From: Candidatus Eiseniibacteriota bacterium
GTDB taxonomy: Bacteria > Eisenbacteria > RBG-16-71-46 > JAFGJU01
Direction: 5' to 3'
Assembly (NCBI GenBank): GCA_020349905.1
Contig: CP070702.1
Location: forward strand, 2,230,936-2,294,935
DNA: 64,000 nucleotides
Both the position numbers and the translations under genes were made by a program. This document shows, one piece after another, positions 37,006 to 46,874 of this stretch. Below the pieces are notes generated by a model, which saw only the letters and a program-made list of their open reading frames with translations, had not been told where the DNA came from and ran no database searches. Numbering within the stretch: position 1 is the first letter of the stretch; the number at the start of each line of letters is the position of its first letter.

Positions 37006-38535
37006 TTATCCTTTCACACCGCCGACAGTCATGGACTTGACCAGGATAGTAGGCTGACCGAAGCTGGCCGGTATCGACTGGCCGCCCTTTCCACACGAGC
37101 CAGCGCCACTTTTCGCCAGCTCCATGTCGTTCGCCACCATGATGACGTTTTGCAGCATCTTCGGCCCGTTGCCCATTATGTTGATGTCCTTTATCGGGGC
37201 CCCGAGTTTGCCGTTCTCTATCATCCTTCCCTGTGAGACGTAGAACGCAAAGTCCCCCTCCCCTATTCTCACTTCCCCGTTGCTCACGTCCTGGACGTAG
37301 ATGCCTCTATCGACGCTTCGTATGACGTCGTCGGGTGTGGCAGGGCCGGGGAGCATGTATGTGTTGCGCATTCGCGGCTGAACGAAGTGTTGATAGCTCT
37401 CGCGGCGACCGTTGCCGGTCGAGGCAACGTTGTAGTGCTTGGCTGAGATATTGTCGTGCATGTAGCTCGTGAGAATCCCGTCCTGCACCAGCACGGTTCT
37501 CTCAGATGGAGTCCCCTCATCATCGACGTTGATGGAGCCCAGTTGACCGGGAATCGTGCCGTCGTCGATTATCGTCACGAAGGGCTCCGCCACCTTTTTC
37601 CCTATCATGGTGGAGTAAGTGGACATCTTCTTTCGATTGAAGTCGGCCTCCATCCCGTGTCCGATGGCCTCGTGAAGCAGCACACCCGTGACTCCAGGCC
37701 CCAGAACCACTGGCATCTCACCTGCCGGGGGCTGGATGGCGTCGAAGAGGGTAACAGCGCGCTGGACCGAAGTTTCTGCAACCTCTTCGACCACAGCATC
37801 TGTGTAGAAGGAAAAGTCCCTTCGGCCACCCAGGTTCCACCATGCGCTCTCCCTCCTGCCGTCCTTCTCCGCAACCACGGAGGCGTACAGGTAATTCCTG
37901 GGCTGGAGATCCTCGACCTTCGAACCATCGCTCGTCAGAATCAGTACCCGCTTCTGCTGGTCGTGAAATCCAGCGTTCACCTTGACCACGTGGGGCGAGG
38001 AGGCGAAGCAGCGGTCGTTGACAGACTGGACGAGCGGCAGCTTGGACTCCAGTGGGACTATCGTGAGCAGCGTCTCAAGCGGGTAGTAGTCCTTGAGCTT
38101 CAGCTCCTTGAACTCCTCCCGCAGCTGGCGGGGGCCGGAGTCTGCTATCGAAGCGGCTGTGGAAGCGGCGTTCAGCATGGACTTCTCCGCCAGCTCTTGC
38201 GTGAAGCCGTAGCCGACCTGGTCGCCCTTCACAGTACGAATACCAACGCCCAGTGCCACGTCACAATACGCCCGGTTGACCTGGCCGTCCTCCAGCAGGA
38301 CCCAGTTCCCGATGGTGTGCTCGAAGTATAAGTCGGCGTAGTCGCCTCCCTTTGAAAGGGCCTCGGCAAGCACCCTCCTGCAAAGGGCGTCCGTGATGCC
38401 GAACTCGCGTTCGAAGTAGCCGGACGCGTCCGTGCTTCCGAGGCCGAACAGACTTCTGGGAAAAGAGGCGGCTATGGCGGCGGTCACTGCCACGGCGGAC
38501 GTCTTGAGAAAACAGCGTCTACTCATTGATTCCAT
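37006..38535 (-). CDS. tldD: TldD-family metallopeptidase with Tat signal peptide
   Basis: Start MESMSRRCFLKTSAVAVTAAIAASF (twin-arginine motif SRRCFLK) with GGAGGG SD. HEAIGH zinc motif (LLHEAIGHGMEADF). TldD-like length. Confidence 0.7.
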   Translation of the reverse strand: MESMSRRCFLKTSAVAVTAAIAASFPRSLFGLGSTDASGYFEREFGITDALCRRVLAEALSKGGDYADLYFEHTIGNWVLLEDGQVNRAYCDVALGVGIRTVKGDQVGYGFTQELAEKSMLNAASTAASIADSGPRQLREEFKELKLKDYYPLETLLTIVPLESKLPLVQSVNDRCFASSPHVVKVNAGFHDQQKRVLILTSDGSKVEDLQPRNYLYASVVAEKDGRRESAWWNLGGRRDFSFYTDAVVEEVAETSVQRAVTLFDAIQPPAGEMPVVLGPGVTGVLLHEAIGHGMEADFNRKKMSTYSTMIGKKVAEPFVTIIDDGTIPGQLGSINVDDEGTPSERTVLVQDGILTSYMHDNISAKHYNVASTGNGRRESYQHFVQPRMRNTYMLPGPATPDDVIRSVDRGIYVQDVSNGEVRIGEGDFAFYVSQGRMIENGKLGAPIKDINIMGNGPKMLQNVIMVANDMELAKSGAGSCGKGGQSIPASFGQPTILVKSMTVGGVKG

Positions 38536-38905
38536 GTGTCCCTCCTCTTGCTCATATGAAGTATGAACGCGCAGGAAAAGCCTACGCTCATTACTACGCA
38601 CTTGCCACAGTTTTTGGTTCCCCTGTTGATCGCCTCCCCCCAGGATTCCTTCCGCCCGCCATTTCGGCCTGAAAGTGCGCCATTTGCGCTCCCAAAGCAG
38701 GCCGGAGGACGACCATCTTTCCCTTGCAACCGCGGGCCTTTTTGGCTACGGTGCAAGTGCACTGACGACCCTCTCGTGACATCGAGCGGCTGCGCGCCGT
38801 ATCGAGAACGGTCGAAGCTGCTGCTCCTCGCAGTGCTTGTGCCCGGTCGGGAGTGGGCTTCATCGGGCGAGCACTCGCAGTGAGCGGAAAGGTAACTCTG
38901 TCAAT

Positions 38906-39691
38906 ATGGCCTCTTCTCCGAAAACCATCGTCGTGATGCCGGCCTACAACGCCGAGACCACCCTGGAACAGACTCTGGCCGACATGCCGGACGGTGCCGC
39001 GGACGAGATCATTCTGGTCGACGATTGCAGCACGGACGGAAGCGCTGAGCTGGCACGAAAGCTGGGTCTCACGGTGATACAGCATGAGAAGAACATGGGA
39101 TACGGGGCCAATCAGAAGACCTGCTATCGTGAGGCGCTCAAACGAGACGCGGACGTCATAGTAATGATTCACCCCGATTACCAGTACGATTCCAGCCTGC
39201 TGTCAATAATGGCGGAACTTCTCATGAAGGAGCACTGCGACGTGCTGCTCGGAAACAGGATAAGGACACGCAAGGAGGCCCTGGACGGAGGCATGCCGTT
39301 CTACAAGTACATCGCCAACCGGGGTCTCACCATGATAGAGAACATCTGGCTGGGACAGAACCTGGGCGAGTTCCATTCTGGGATGCGGGGCTACCGCAGG
39401 GTAGTGCTGGAGACGATCCCCTGGGAGAGCAATAGCGACGATTTCGTGTTCGACAGCCAGTTTCTAGTGCAGGCCGTGCACTTCGGCTTTCGCCTCGGCG
39501 ACATCCCCGTGCCCGTGCGGTACATGAAGGAGGCGAGCAGCATCAACTTCCGGCGAAGCACGACGTACGGACTCGAGACTCTCCGGACTCTTCTGTCCTT
39601 CTCGTTACACCGCGCCGGGCTGGCACGGAGTCCCCTCTTTCTGGGCCGAGAGACCAGTAGCCAAGATGAAGCTCAGGGACAGCGCGACTGA
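38906..39691 (+). CDS. family 2 glycosyltransferase (polyprenol-phosphate sugar synthase-like, DPM1/ArnC type)
   Basis: [10 protein letters not shown]...[10 protein letters not shown]...D..V.M..D pattern of GT2 dolichol-P-mannose/undecaprenyl-P-sugar synthases. Start ATG 38906. Confidence 0.7.
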   Translation: MASSPKTIVVMPAYNAETTLEQTLADMPDGAADEIILVDDCSTDGSAELARKLGLTVIQHEKNMGYGANQKTCYREALKRDADVIVMIHPDYQYDSSLLSIMAELLMKEHCDVLLGNRIRTRKEALDGGMPFYKYIANRGLTMIENIWLGQNLGEFHSGMRGYRRVVLETIPWESNSDDFVFDSQFLVQAVHFGFRLGDIPVPVRYMKEASSINFRRSTTYGLETLRTLLSFSLHRAGLARSPLFLGRETSSQDEAQGQRD

Positions 39692-41276
39692 ATTGCCGTT
39701 TGAGACCTCGAAACGGACCGGCACGATTCTGAGTGTAATCGTGCTGCTGGTTGGCGTGCTCTATCGACTGTACGGTCTCACGGGTGACATCACGTTTGAC
39801 TCCGCGGTCTACGCACAGAACGCGTACAACCTCCTTAACGGCACCTTCCGACTCGATACCTACTCCTGGTACGACCACCGGCTGACGGTGTTCGTGCCGG
39901 TCGCTGCATCGTACGCTCTCCTCGGCGTGGGGGCTCTTTCGACTCACCTGTGGCCCCTGATTCTCTCCGTTTCTCAGATCGGTGCGGTCCTGTGGCTGGG
40001 ATCCCGCTGGCTGGGGCGGGAAATCGCCTTGCTGGCTGCGTTCTTCCTGGCGCTTCTCCCGTTGGACGTCAAGTATGCCGGCGTGCTCAGCCCGGACATC
40101 GTCATAGCGGCCCTCTTGACGCTCTCGGCTGTCTGCTGGATTGGTGCTTTTCAAAGGGAGGAGAGACCGCCTTCCGGAACCCTGCTCTTCCTGGGGGGGC
40201 TCTTCCTGGGCCTGTCCATCCTCACGCGTCCGTACGCGGCCGTGATGCTGCCCTTCTTCGTAGTCTACGCGGCGTGGAAACGCTCGTTCTTGCGGGCTTC
40301 GCTCTGGTGGTGCCTGGGTGTTGTCTCGGTAGGGGTTCCTGTTGTGCTTCTGTACGCATTCCTCACGGGTGACCCGCTCTTCCGCTTGCACGCCATATCC
40401 AGCTTCTACGGAGCGCCGCCGGTACCGGAGGGACCCAGGTGGCTGGCCTACCCGGCACTCATCTGGAACCTGGGAAATGCCACGGGCCTCTTTGCTCCGC
40501 TGTTCGCCGCAACTGCCCTCCTGGCCCTTGTGCGGCCGACTCGGGAGCGGCTGGTGCTGCTTCTCTGGATTGCTCCCATGCTGCTCTACCTTCAGTTCGG
40601 CTCCATGAGCCTGGATTCGTACGTGCCCGTCTTCAAGAGAGTCCGCTTCCTCACGCCCCTGCTCGCTCCTGGAGCTCTTCTCGCGGCCACGGTGGTCGTC
40701 GAGGAGTTGCCCCGGACAGTGAAAGGAATCGGAAGTTGGCTTAAGTTCTCTCCGAGCGAGCGGGTGTCCAGGATTCTCCTGGCTCTCTTGATACTCGTTC
40801 TCTGCCTCAGTTCGCTGGTGTTCATGCGAGGGCATCGCAACACGCACGTCCCCGTGGCCAGGAGTTTCAGAAGCGTCGTGGAAATACTCGGACGTCAGGA
40901 GGAGCTTCCCATACTCACGGACCATTGGCGTACGGCCATCCGCCTGAGTTACTACATGGGCTTCCGGGAGGGCTCTCATTTCTACGTGGGGGCGGATGAA
41001 TCCAAGAGGATGGAGAGGACCGAGGCGCTAAAGAACTCAAGGCTAGGGTATCTGAAGTGGTACGAAGACGCGCAGGAGGTGCCCGAAGCTTTCGTGGTGT
41101 TGGAGGACGAAATACTGGCGCTGGCTGAGAAGGCGGCCGTTTCGGACCCGAGCCGCTCGACCTATCCGGCGAAGGACATTCCGGCGTATTGCCACAATCC
41201 GCCCGATTCGTGGCAGCTCGTGAGGCGCTCCGGTTCACTCCGGGTCTTCCGGAGCAATGGAGCCGGTCTTCGCTGA
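39666..41276 (+). CDS. GT39/ArnT-like (PMT family) polyprenol-phosphate-sugar-dependent membrane glycosyltransferase
   Basis: About 11 TM helices with an N-terminal periplasmic loop and a long C-terminal soluble domain. Overlaps the upstream GT2 gene by 26 nt, the classic ArnC/ArnT-like pairing. Confidence 0.6.
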   Translation: MKLRDSATELPFETSKRTGTILSVIVLLVGVLYRLYGLTGDITFDSAVYAQNAYNLLNGTFRLDTYSWYDHRLTVFVPVAASYALLGVGALSTHLWPLILSVSQIGAVLWLGSRWLGREIALLAAFFLALLPLDVKYAGVLSPDIVIAALLTLSAVCWIGAFQREERPPSGTLLFLGGLFLGLSILTRPYAAVMLPFFVVYAAWKRSFLRASLWWCLGVVSVGVPVVLLYAFLTGDPLFRLHAISSFYGAPPVPEGPRWLAYPALIWNLGNATGLFAPLFAATALLALVRPTRERLVLLLWIAPMLLYLQFGSMSLDSYVPVFKRVRFLTPLLAPGALLAATVVVEELPRTVKGIGSWLKFSPSERVSRILLALLILVLCLSSLVFMRGHRNTHVPVARSFRSVVEILGRQEELPILTDHWRTAIRLSYYMGFREGSHFYVGADESKRMERTEALKNSRLGYLKWYEDAQEVPEAFVVLEDEILALAEKAAVSDPSRSTYPAKDIPAYCHNPPDSWQLVRRSGSLRVFRSNGAGLR

Positions 41277-41319
41277 CGCGAAGGGCGGATTTCACTGGCT
41301 CACAACAGGCAGCCCACCT

Positions 41320-41730
41320 TTACCTGTATTTGAGCAGGGTCGCCTTTACCTCCTTGGTTTCCTCGGTCGTGGTCTTCGTCACGGCGGTTGTGGTTTCTTC
41401 GGTCTTGTCGTCCTCGACGCTCGTCTCCGTGGTCTCCGTGTACTTGGACGATTCGCCGGAGATGTAGCGCTCAAACCCCAGGATCACGATGGCGTCGGCC
41501 CCCTTCTGGCGGGCCTTCTCCAGCATCTGCTCCTGCATCTTCTCCGCGCTGACCATGGCGTTTCCAGTGGCGATGACGTGCCCCATGACCTCGTAGTCAC
41601 GTGACACCTCGTCGAGCGAGAAGTAGATATCGACGTGTGACGTCGGTGGATACTCTCGCCCCACGTAGTCTATGGTTGCGCAACCTGCAAGGCACAGCAC
41701 GGAAATGAGCAGAACCGGTACGACTCTCAT
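41320..41730 (-). CDS. small lipoprotein, unknown function, with Thr/Glu-rich tail
   Basis: Signal peptide with lipobox LCLAGCAT. 136 aa. Confidence 0.5.
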   Translation of the reverse strand: MRVVPVLLISVLCLAGCATIDYVGREYPPTSHVDIYFSLDEVSRDYEVMGHVIATGNAMVSAEKMQEQMLEKARQKGADAIVILGFERYISGESSKYTETTETSVEDDKTEETTTAVTKTTTEETKEVKATLLKYR

Positions 41731-41778
41731 GTCACCCTCACTTTTCTGTCTGCCTTCTTCTCACAGGGGCGGTCCTTC

Positions 41779-43143
41779 CTAGTCTCTCTTGCCCGACCCG
41801 GTTTTGTCAACGACCACTTTCCCGTCCTTCATGACCCAGCGTACGCCGTGGATGGCCGCGTCGATGTCCACCAGAGGGTTGCCTTCAACGGCCACGATGT
41901 CCGCGTAACACCCGGGCGCCACCCTACCCAACTCATTCTCCATCCCCAGAAGGACCGCGCCGTTCACGGTCGCAGTGACCAGCGCCTCCTCGGGCGTCAT
42001 TCCCGCCTTTACGAACCAGCCCAGCTCACGCGTGTTCTCTCCGAACATGGTGAAGAGCGCATCGGACCCCATCGCAAGAGGTACACCTGCCTTGTGCGCC
42101 CGGCGCGCCGTCTCCAGATTACGTTCCACGAACGCCCTGAGCTGCTTCTCGATTTCCTCAGAGTAACCGTAGTCTTCCCTGTTATCGGCGTAGTAACGAT
42201 TGTGGTCGATGGTCGGCACGTAGAATATCCTGCGCCTGGCCATCTCGGCAATTGTCTCGTCGTCCATCCCCGTGGCGTGCTCTATGGAATTGGCGCCCGC
42301 CCTCACGGCGTCGCGGGCCGCATCGGGCCCGTAGGAATGGACCGCGATGTGTTTTCCTCTCGCGTGCGCTATGTCCACGGCGGCCTTGATCTCCTCAAAA
42401 GTGAACGTCTGATAGCCGGTGAGATCACTGGCGCTTCCGGTGGAGGCGAACATCTTTATGCAGTCGGCCCCGGCCGCTATCTGCTCTCTCACGACTCGAG
42501 TCACATCAGCCACGCCGTCGGCCCTTCCCCAGCTCGGAGAGACCTGGCCAGGATACGAGGGCGCGAACGTGGGCAAAAGCCCGTAGCCGCACACGAACAT
42601 TCTGGGCCCCACCATGGCTCCCCTGTTGATGAGGTCGCGCATCGCAATGTCCATGTGCACGCAGGAATTCGGATCGAAGGCACCCAAGTCCCGCACGGTC
42701 GTGACACCTGCTTCCAGAGTCTTGAGCGCGTTCTCCTGGGCAAGAAACACGGTCATCGCGGGTGACATGCTTTCCGCCTGAGACCACGGGGTCGTGCCCG
42801 GAGTCCTGTCCCAGTAGTAGGTCATGTGCGTGTGAACATCGATGAGGCCTGGCAGTCCTGTGTAGCCGGTAAGGTCTATCACCTCGGCACCTTCTGGAAT
42901 TGCCGAGGCCTCGGCGGTCACATCGACGACCCGGTTCCCTTCCACCACGACCAGGGCGCCGGAGAGAAGCGGCCCCTTGCCGTCCCAGAGCTTTCCGAAC
43001 CGAAGGACCCTAGTGTCAGACGAACAGGGCGCCGGGCACGGCAGGAAGATTGTGAGGCACACGGCCAGGACTGCCGCGGCTAACACCACAGAGGAAAGGG
43101 ACGTTTCTGCGGACCCGGCCGTCGCGGAATTGGGCTTCATCAT
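41779..43143 (-). CDS. amidohydrolase-family metal-dependent hydrolase (secreted/membrane-anchored)
   Basis: Motifs VIDLTGYTGLPGLIDVHTHM and later His/Asp ligands typical of the amidohydrolase superfamily. Start MMKPNS at 43143 with GGGAGG SD and a signal/anchor sequence. The six-frame ORF extension to 43374 is likely non-coding. Confidence 0.65.
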   Translation of the reverse strand: MMKPNSATAGSAETSLSSVVLAAAVLAVCLTIFLPCPAPCSSDTRVLRFGKLWDGKGPLLSGALVVVEGNRVVDVTAEASAIPEGAEVIDLTGYTGLPGLIDVHTHMTYYWDRTPGTTPWSQAESMSPAMTVFLAQENALKTLEAGVTTVRDLGAFDPNSCVHMDIAMRDLINRGAMVGPRMFVCGYGLLPTFAPSYPGQVSPSWGRADGVADVTRVVREQIAAGADCIKMFASTGSASDLTGYQTFTFEEIKAAVDIAHARGKHIAVHSYGPDAARDAVRAGANSIEHATGMDDETIAEMARRRIFYVPTIDHNRYYADNREDYGYSEEIEKQLRAFVERNLETARRAHKAGVPLAMGSDALFTMFGENTRELGWFVKAGMTPEEALVTATVNGAVLLGMENELGRVAPGCYADIVAVEGNPLVDIDAAIHGVRWVMKDGKVVVDKTGSGKRD

Positions 43144-43465
43144 GGCCACCTCCCTGGGGACAGGTTGAATCGCGCGAACGGAGGTTCTGTCATGAACACT
43201 CAACCTCGAAGCAGCATAAGGCAGCGGAAACTGCGGGTCAAGCCCATCGCCCGTTTCTGCAACGTGGCTTTGGCACCCCGCCCGGGGCTTTGGCTTTGCC
43301 CCTGCAGGTGCCGTTGTGGCTTGGGCACCGGACCTTGACAAGACGGCTTCGGCCCCGCCACCGGAAATCATCACTTTGCCACCACAAATCGCCCGGGAGC
43401 CGTCTTGACACGCTGAACCCGATGGTGCTATGTTTTATTGTTTGTATCTGCGTTCGGCCTCTTTG

Positions 43466-43505
43466 AGGAGGAAAGCATGCAGGTCAGGAGGAAAGCATGC
43501 ACGCC
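43466..43505 (+). repeat. 20-bp tandem duplication of the etfB ribosome-binding site and start codon (AGGAGGAAAGCATGCAGGTC / AGGAGGAAAGCATGCACGCC)
   Basis: Two SD+ATG copies 20 nt apart. The first ATG (43477) opens an out-of-frame 32-codon uORF overlapping the etfB start (43497). Confidence 0.7.
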
Positions 43506-44288
43506 GTCGTATGTATCAAGCAGGTTCCGGAAAGCCCCAACGTGGGGATCGACCCTTCAACTAACACTTTAATCCGTGAAGGTATCCCTAGTATTGTCAA
43601 TCCGTTCGACACGTATGCCATAGAGGAGGCACTGCTGCTGAAGGACAAGTTCGGCGGCAAGGTGACGGTCATGACCATGGGACCTGCCCAGGCCGCAGAG
43701 GCCCTTCGGGAAGCCCTGGCCATGGGCGCAGACGAGGCCATGCTTCTCAGTGACAGGGCGTTCGCCGGCGCCGACACGTGGGCGACTTCGTACACGTTGG
43801 CCAAGGCTGTGGAGAAGGTCGGCGATTACGACATCGTATTCTGCGGCAAGCAGGCCATAGACGGAGACACTGCACAGGTGGGGCCGGGAATCGCCAGGCG
43901 CCTGGGAATCCCCCAGCTCACGTACGTGAGCAAGATAAGAGAAATCGACATCGACGCCAAGAGGATAGTCGTGGAGCGAATGCTGGAAGCCGGCAAGGAA
44001 GTTGTGGAGTCCAAGCTCCCCGCTCTGGTGACGGTCGTGAAGGACATAAACCAGCCCCGCTTCAGGACGCTCATAGGAATCAGAAAGGCGTCTCAGGCGG
44101 AAATCCCGGTTCTCGGGCCGGCGGACCTCGGATGCGAGGCAGAGAACATAGGCCTAGCGGGCTCGCCGACAGAGGTCATCAAGATTTTCACGCCTGAACC
44201 CCGCAAGGGCGGACAGGTGCTGGAGGGGGAACCCGAAGAGACCTGCGTGCTTCTCATCGAGAAGATCATGGACGCCAAGATACTTTAG
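43497..44288 (+). CDS. etfB: electron transfer flavoprotein beta subunit
   Basis: MHAVVCIKQVPES...DTYAIEEAL..K...G..V..MTMGP..A..ALREALAMGADEA: a canonical EtfB. Confidence 0.85.
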   Translation: MHAVVCIKQVPESPNVGIDPSTNTLIREGIPSIVNPFDTYAIEEALLLKDKFGGKVTVMTMGPAQAAEALREALAMGADEAMLLSDRAFAGADTWATSYTLAKAVEKVGDYDIVFCGKQAIDGDTAQVGPGIARRLGIPQLTYVSKIREIDIDAKRIVVERMLEAGKEVVESKLPALVTVVKDINQPRFRTLIGIRKASQAEIPVLGPADLGCEAENIGLAGSPTEVIKIFTPEPRKGGQVLEGEPEETCVLLIEKIMDAKIL

Positions 44289-44303
44289 GTCGAGAGAGAG
44301 ACG

Positions 44304-45503
44304 ATGCACAACCTGAGACTCAACGAAGAAGCCTGTACCGGATGCGGCGCGTGTGTAGAGACCTGCCCGTTCGGGGCACTCATTCTGGAGGGCGACATCG
44401 TTCGCGTCGGAGAGAACTGCAACGACTGCGGAGCGTGCCTGAGTTCGTGCCCCACGGAGGCCCTGATCCTTGAGAGGCCGGAGCCCACGGTGAGCGTGGA
44501 CCTGTCCGCCTACAAGGACGTGTGGGTGGTCGTAGAATACGGCAGGGCGGGCATCTCACACGTGGCGCTAGAACTCCTCGGAAAGGGAAGGCAGTTGGCC
44601 GACACGCTCAAGTGCCGCCTCTGCGCCCTGATTCTGGGCGACGGTGTCTCCCGGCTCTCGGAAGAGGCCTTCGCGCATGGCGCTGATGTTGTCTACCTCG
44701 TGGAGAGCCCCGTGCTCCGCAAATATCGAACGGACCCTTACGTGGAAGCGGCCTCCGTCCTGGTCAGGAAGTACAAGCCGGAGATAGTGCTGCTCGGTGC
44801 GACCACTACTGGGAGAGATTTCGCCGGTGCCCTTGCCACGGAAATCGGCACGGGTCTCACGGCCGACTGCACCGGGCTCGAGATAGAGCCGGAGGGAAGA
44901 AACCTCGTTCAGACCAGACCCGCATTCGGCGGCAACATAATGGCGCAGATTCTCTGCCGCAGGCACCGGCCGCAGATGGCAACCGTGCGACCCAAGGTGA
45001 TGGAACTGCCCGAGCGCGTCGACGGGAAGAAGGGAGAGGTCATCACCGAGCCCGTGGACCTGGACGAAGAGAAATTCCTGACGAGGGTACTGGAGTTCGT
45101 CAAGGAAGAAGGGTCCACGGTCAATCTTGCCGACGCCAACGTCATCGTCTCCGGGGGAAGAGGACTTGCAGATCCCAAGCACTTCGCTGTGATAGAGGAG
45201 CTCGCCAAGACTCTGGGCGGGGCCGTGGGCGCATCCCGCGCGGCGGTCGACGCGGGATGGATTCCCTATCCTCATCAGGTGGGCCAGACCGGAAAGACCG
45301 TGAGGCCCAAGCTCTATATCGCCTGCGGAATTTCGGGCGCCATACAGCACCTGGCCGGAATGCAGACCTCGGATATCATCGTGGCAATAAACAAGGATCC
45401 CGACGCTCCCATCTTCAAGGTGGCCACCTACGGAATAGTTGGCGACCTCTTCAAGATAGTCCCTCTGCTCACAGAGAAGTTCGCGAAGCGTCTCGGAAAG
45501 TAG
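44304..45503 (+). CDS. etfA: electron transfer flavoprotein alpha subunit with N-terminal 2x[4Fe-4S] ferredoxin domain
   Basis: N-terminus CTGCGACVETCP...CNDCGACLSSCP (two CxxCxxCxxxCP motifs) followed by the EtfA FAD-binding domain (SGGRGL...YIACGISGAIQH). Confidence 0.8.
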   Translation: MHNLRLNEEACTGCGACVETCPFGALILEGDIVRVGENCNDCGACLSSCPTEALILERPEPTVSVDLSAYKDVWVVVEYGRAGISHVALELLGKGRQLADTLKCRLCALILGDGVSRLSEEAFAHGADVVYLVESPVLRKYRTDPYVEAASVLVRKYKPEIVLLGATTTGRDFAGALATEIGTGLTADCTGLEIEPEGRNLVQTRPAFGGNIMAQILCRRHRPQMATVRPKVMELPERVDGKKGEVITEPVDLDEEKFLTRVLEFVKEEGSTVNLADANVIVSGGRGLADPKHFAVIEELAKTLGGAVGASRAAVDAGWIPYPHQVGQTGKTVRPKLYIACGISGAIQHLAGMQTSDIIVAINKDPDAPIFKVATYGIVGDLFKIVPLLTEKFAKRLGK

Positions 45504-45609
45504 TGCTCTCGTGTCTGAACGGATCCGGTGCGCCTGACGGGCAGGTCGTACATCGTGCGGCTTTAACGGGGCTTCTGCCGGAGCGAGGCAGCGGCGCCCT
45601 GCGACCGGC

Positions 45610-46809
45610 TCAGATTCGCTTCATGGCCTGCCGGAGGTCGTAGATGAGGTCGTCCACGTCCTCCAGACCGACCGAGAGCCGGACCAGTCCCTCGGTGATG
45701 CCTACCTCTTCCAGCTCTTCCGGAGTGTACCCGCAGTGCGTCATCGTGGCGGGGTGCTGAATGAGGGTGTCCACGTCTCCCAGGCTCACCGCCAGTACGC
45801 AGACCTCCACACTGTTCATCAGCTTCCGTCCGGCCTCCCTCCCCCCCTTGAGCTCGAAGGCTATCATCCCCCCGGGGCCTCTCATCTGCCTCTTCGCAAG
45901 CTCGTACTGCGGGTGAGTACGCAGCCAGGGGAACCACACCCTGCTGACCTTGGGATGGAACGAGAGGAACTGAGCTATCTCCATGGCGTTCTCTGAGTGT
46001 TTCTCCATGCGGACCGGAAGCGTCTTAAGTCCCCTCAGAAGCAGCCAGGCGTTGAAGGGGCTGATTACCCCACCCAGGTCTCTCAGAAACTCCTTCTTCA
46101 ACTGCTTGATTCCGTCGGCAGGCCCCACGATGATGCCCGCTACCGTGTCGCCGTGCCCGCCGATGTACTTCGTGGCGCTGTGCAGCGAATAGTCTGCGCC
46201 CAGCTCCAGTGGGTTCTGATAGTACGGAGTGCAAAAGGTATTGTCCACCACCAGGGCCACTCCCTGCTTCCTGGTTATGGATGCCACTGCCTCGATGTCC
46301 ACGAGCTTGAGAGTGGGGTTGGCCGGTGTCTCGATGAAGACCAGCCTCGTTCTCTCGTCTATGGCCCTTTCTATGTTCTGGGGGTCGGAGGCGTCTACCT
46401 CCTGTACCTCGATGTTGAGGCGGGGAAACGTATTCACGAATAGTTGATGAGTGCCTCCGTAGAGAGTGTCTGACGCAACGACCTTCTCGCCGCTCCGCGC
46501 GAGACTGATGATGAGCGTCGCCGTGGCGGCCATCCCGGAGGCCGTTGCCAGGCCCGCCTCCCCACCTTCCAAGAAGGCCATCTCGTTTTCCAGGGCGGTC
46601 TGCGTGGGGTTTCCGAGTCTGGTGTAGTAGTAACCTTCCTGCTCGCCGGCAAAGATGGCGGCTCCCTGTTCCGCACTTTCAAAGGCGAAGGTCGAACTCT
46701 GGAAGATCGGGGTGGAAAGAGCACGGATGGGAATCTGCGTCTCGTGTTTGTCCAGGCGCTTCTTCCCGTGCACCGCTATCGTTGCGAAACCCAGCTTCCT
46801 CTCTTTCAT
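45610..46809 (-). CDS. PLP-dependent Cys/Met-metabolism enzyme (methionine gamma-lyase / cystathionine gamma-synthase family)
   Basis: 399 aa with the SATKYIGGHGD PLP-lysine motif and overall family conservation. Confidence 0.75.
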   Translation of the reverse strand: MKERKLGFATIAVHGKKRLDKHETQIPIRALSTPIFQSSTFAFESAEQGAAIFAGEQEGYYYTRLGNPTQTALENEMAFLEGGEAGLATASGMAATATLIISLARSGEKVVASDTLYGGTHQLFVNTFPRLNIEVQEVDASDPQNIERAIDERTRLVFIETPANPTLKLVDIEAVASITRKQGVALVVDNTFCTPYYQNPLELGADYSLHSATKYIGGHGDTVAGIIVGPADGIKQLKKEFLRDLGGVISPFNAWLLLRGLKTLPVRMEKHSENAMEIAQFLSFHPKVSRVWFPWLRTHPQYELAKRQMRGPGGMIAFELKGGREAGRKLMNSVEVCVLAVSLGDVDTLIQHPATMTHCGYTPEELEEVGITEGLVRLSVGLEDVDDLIYDLRQAMKRI

Positions 46810-46874
46810 GCCTCTGGAGCCCTCTTCTATACTGCCTTCGTCAAGCCGTTCTATATCGTCTTCGGAATGCCCTC

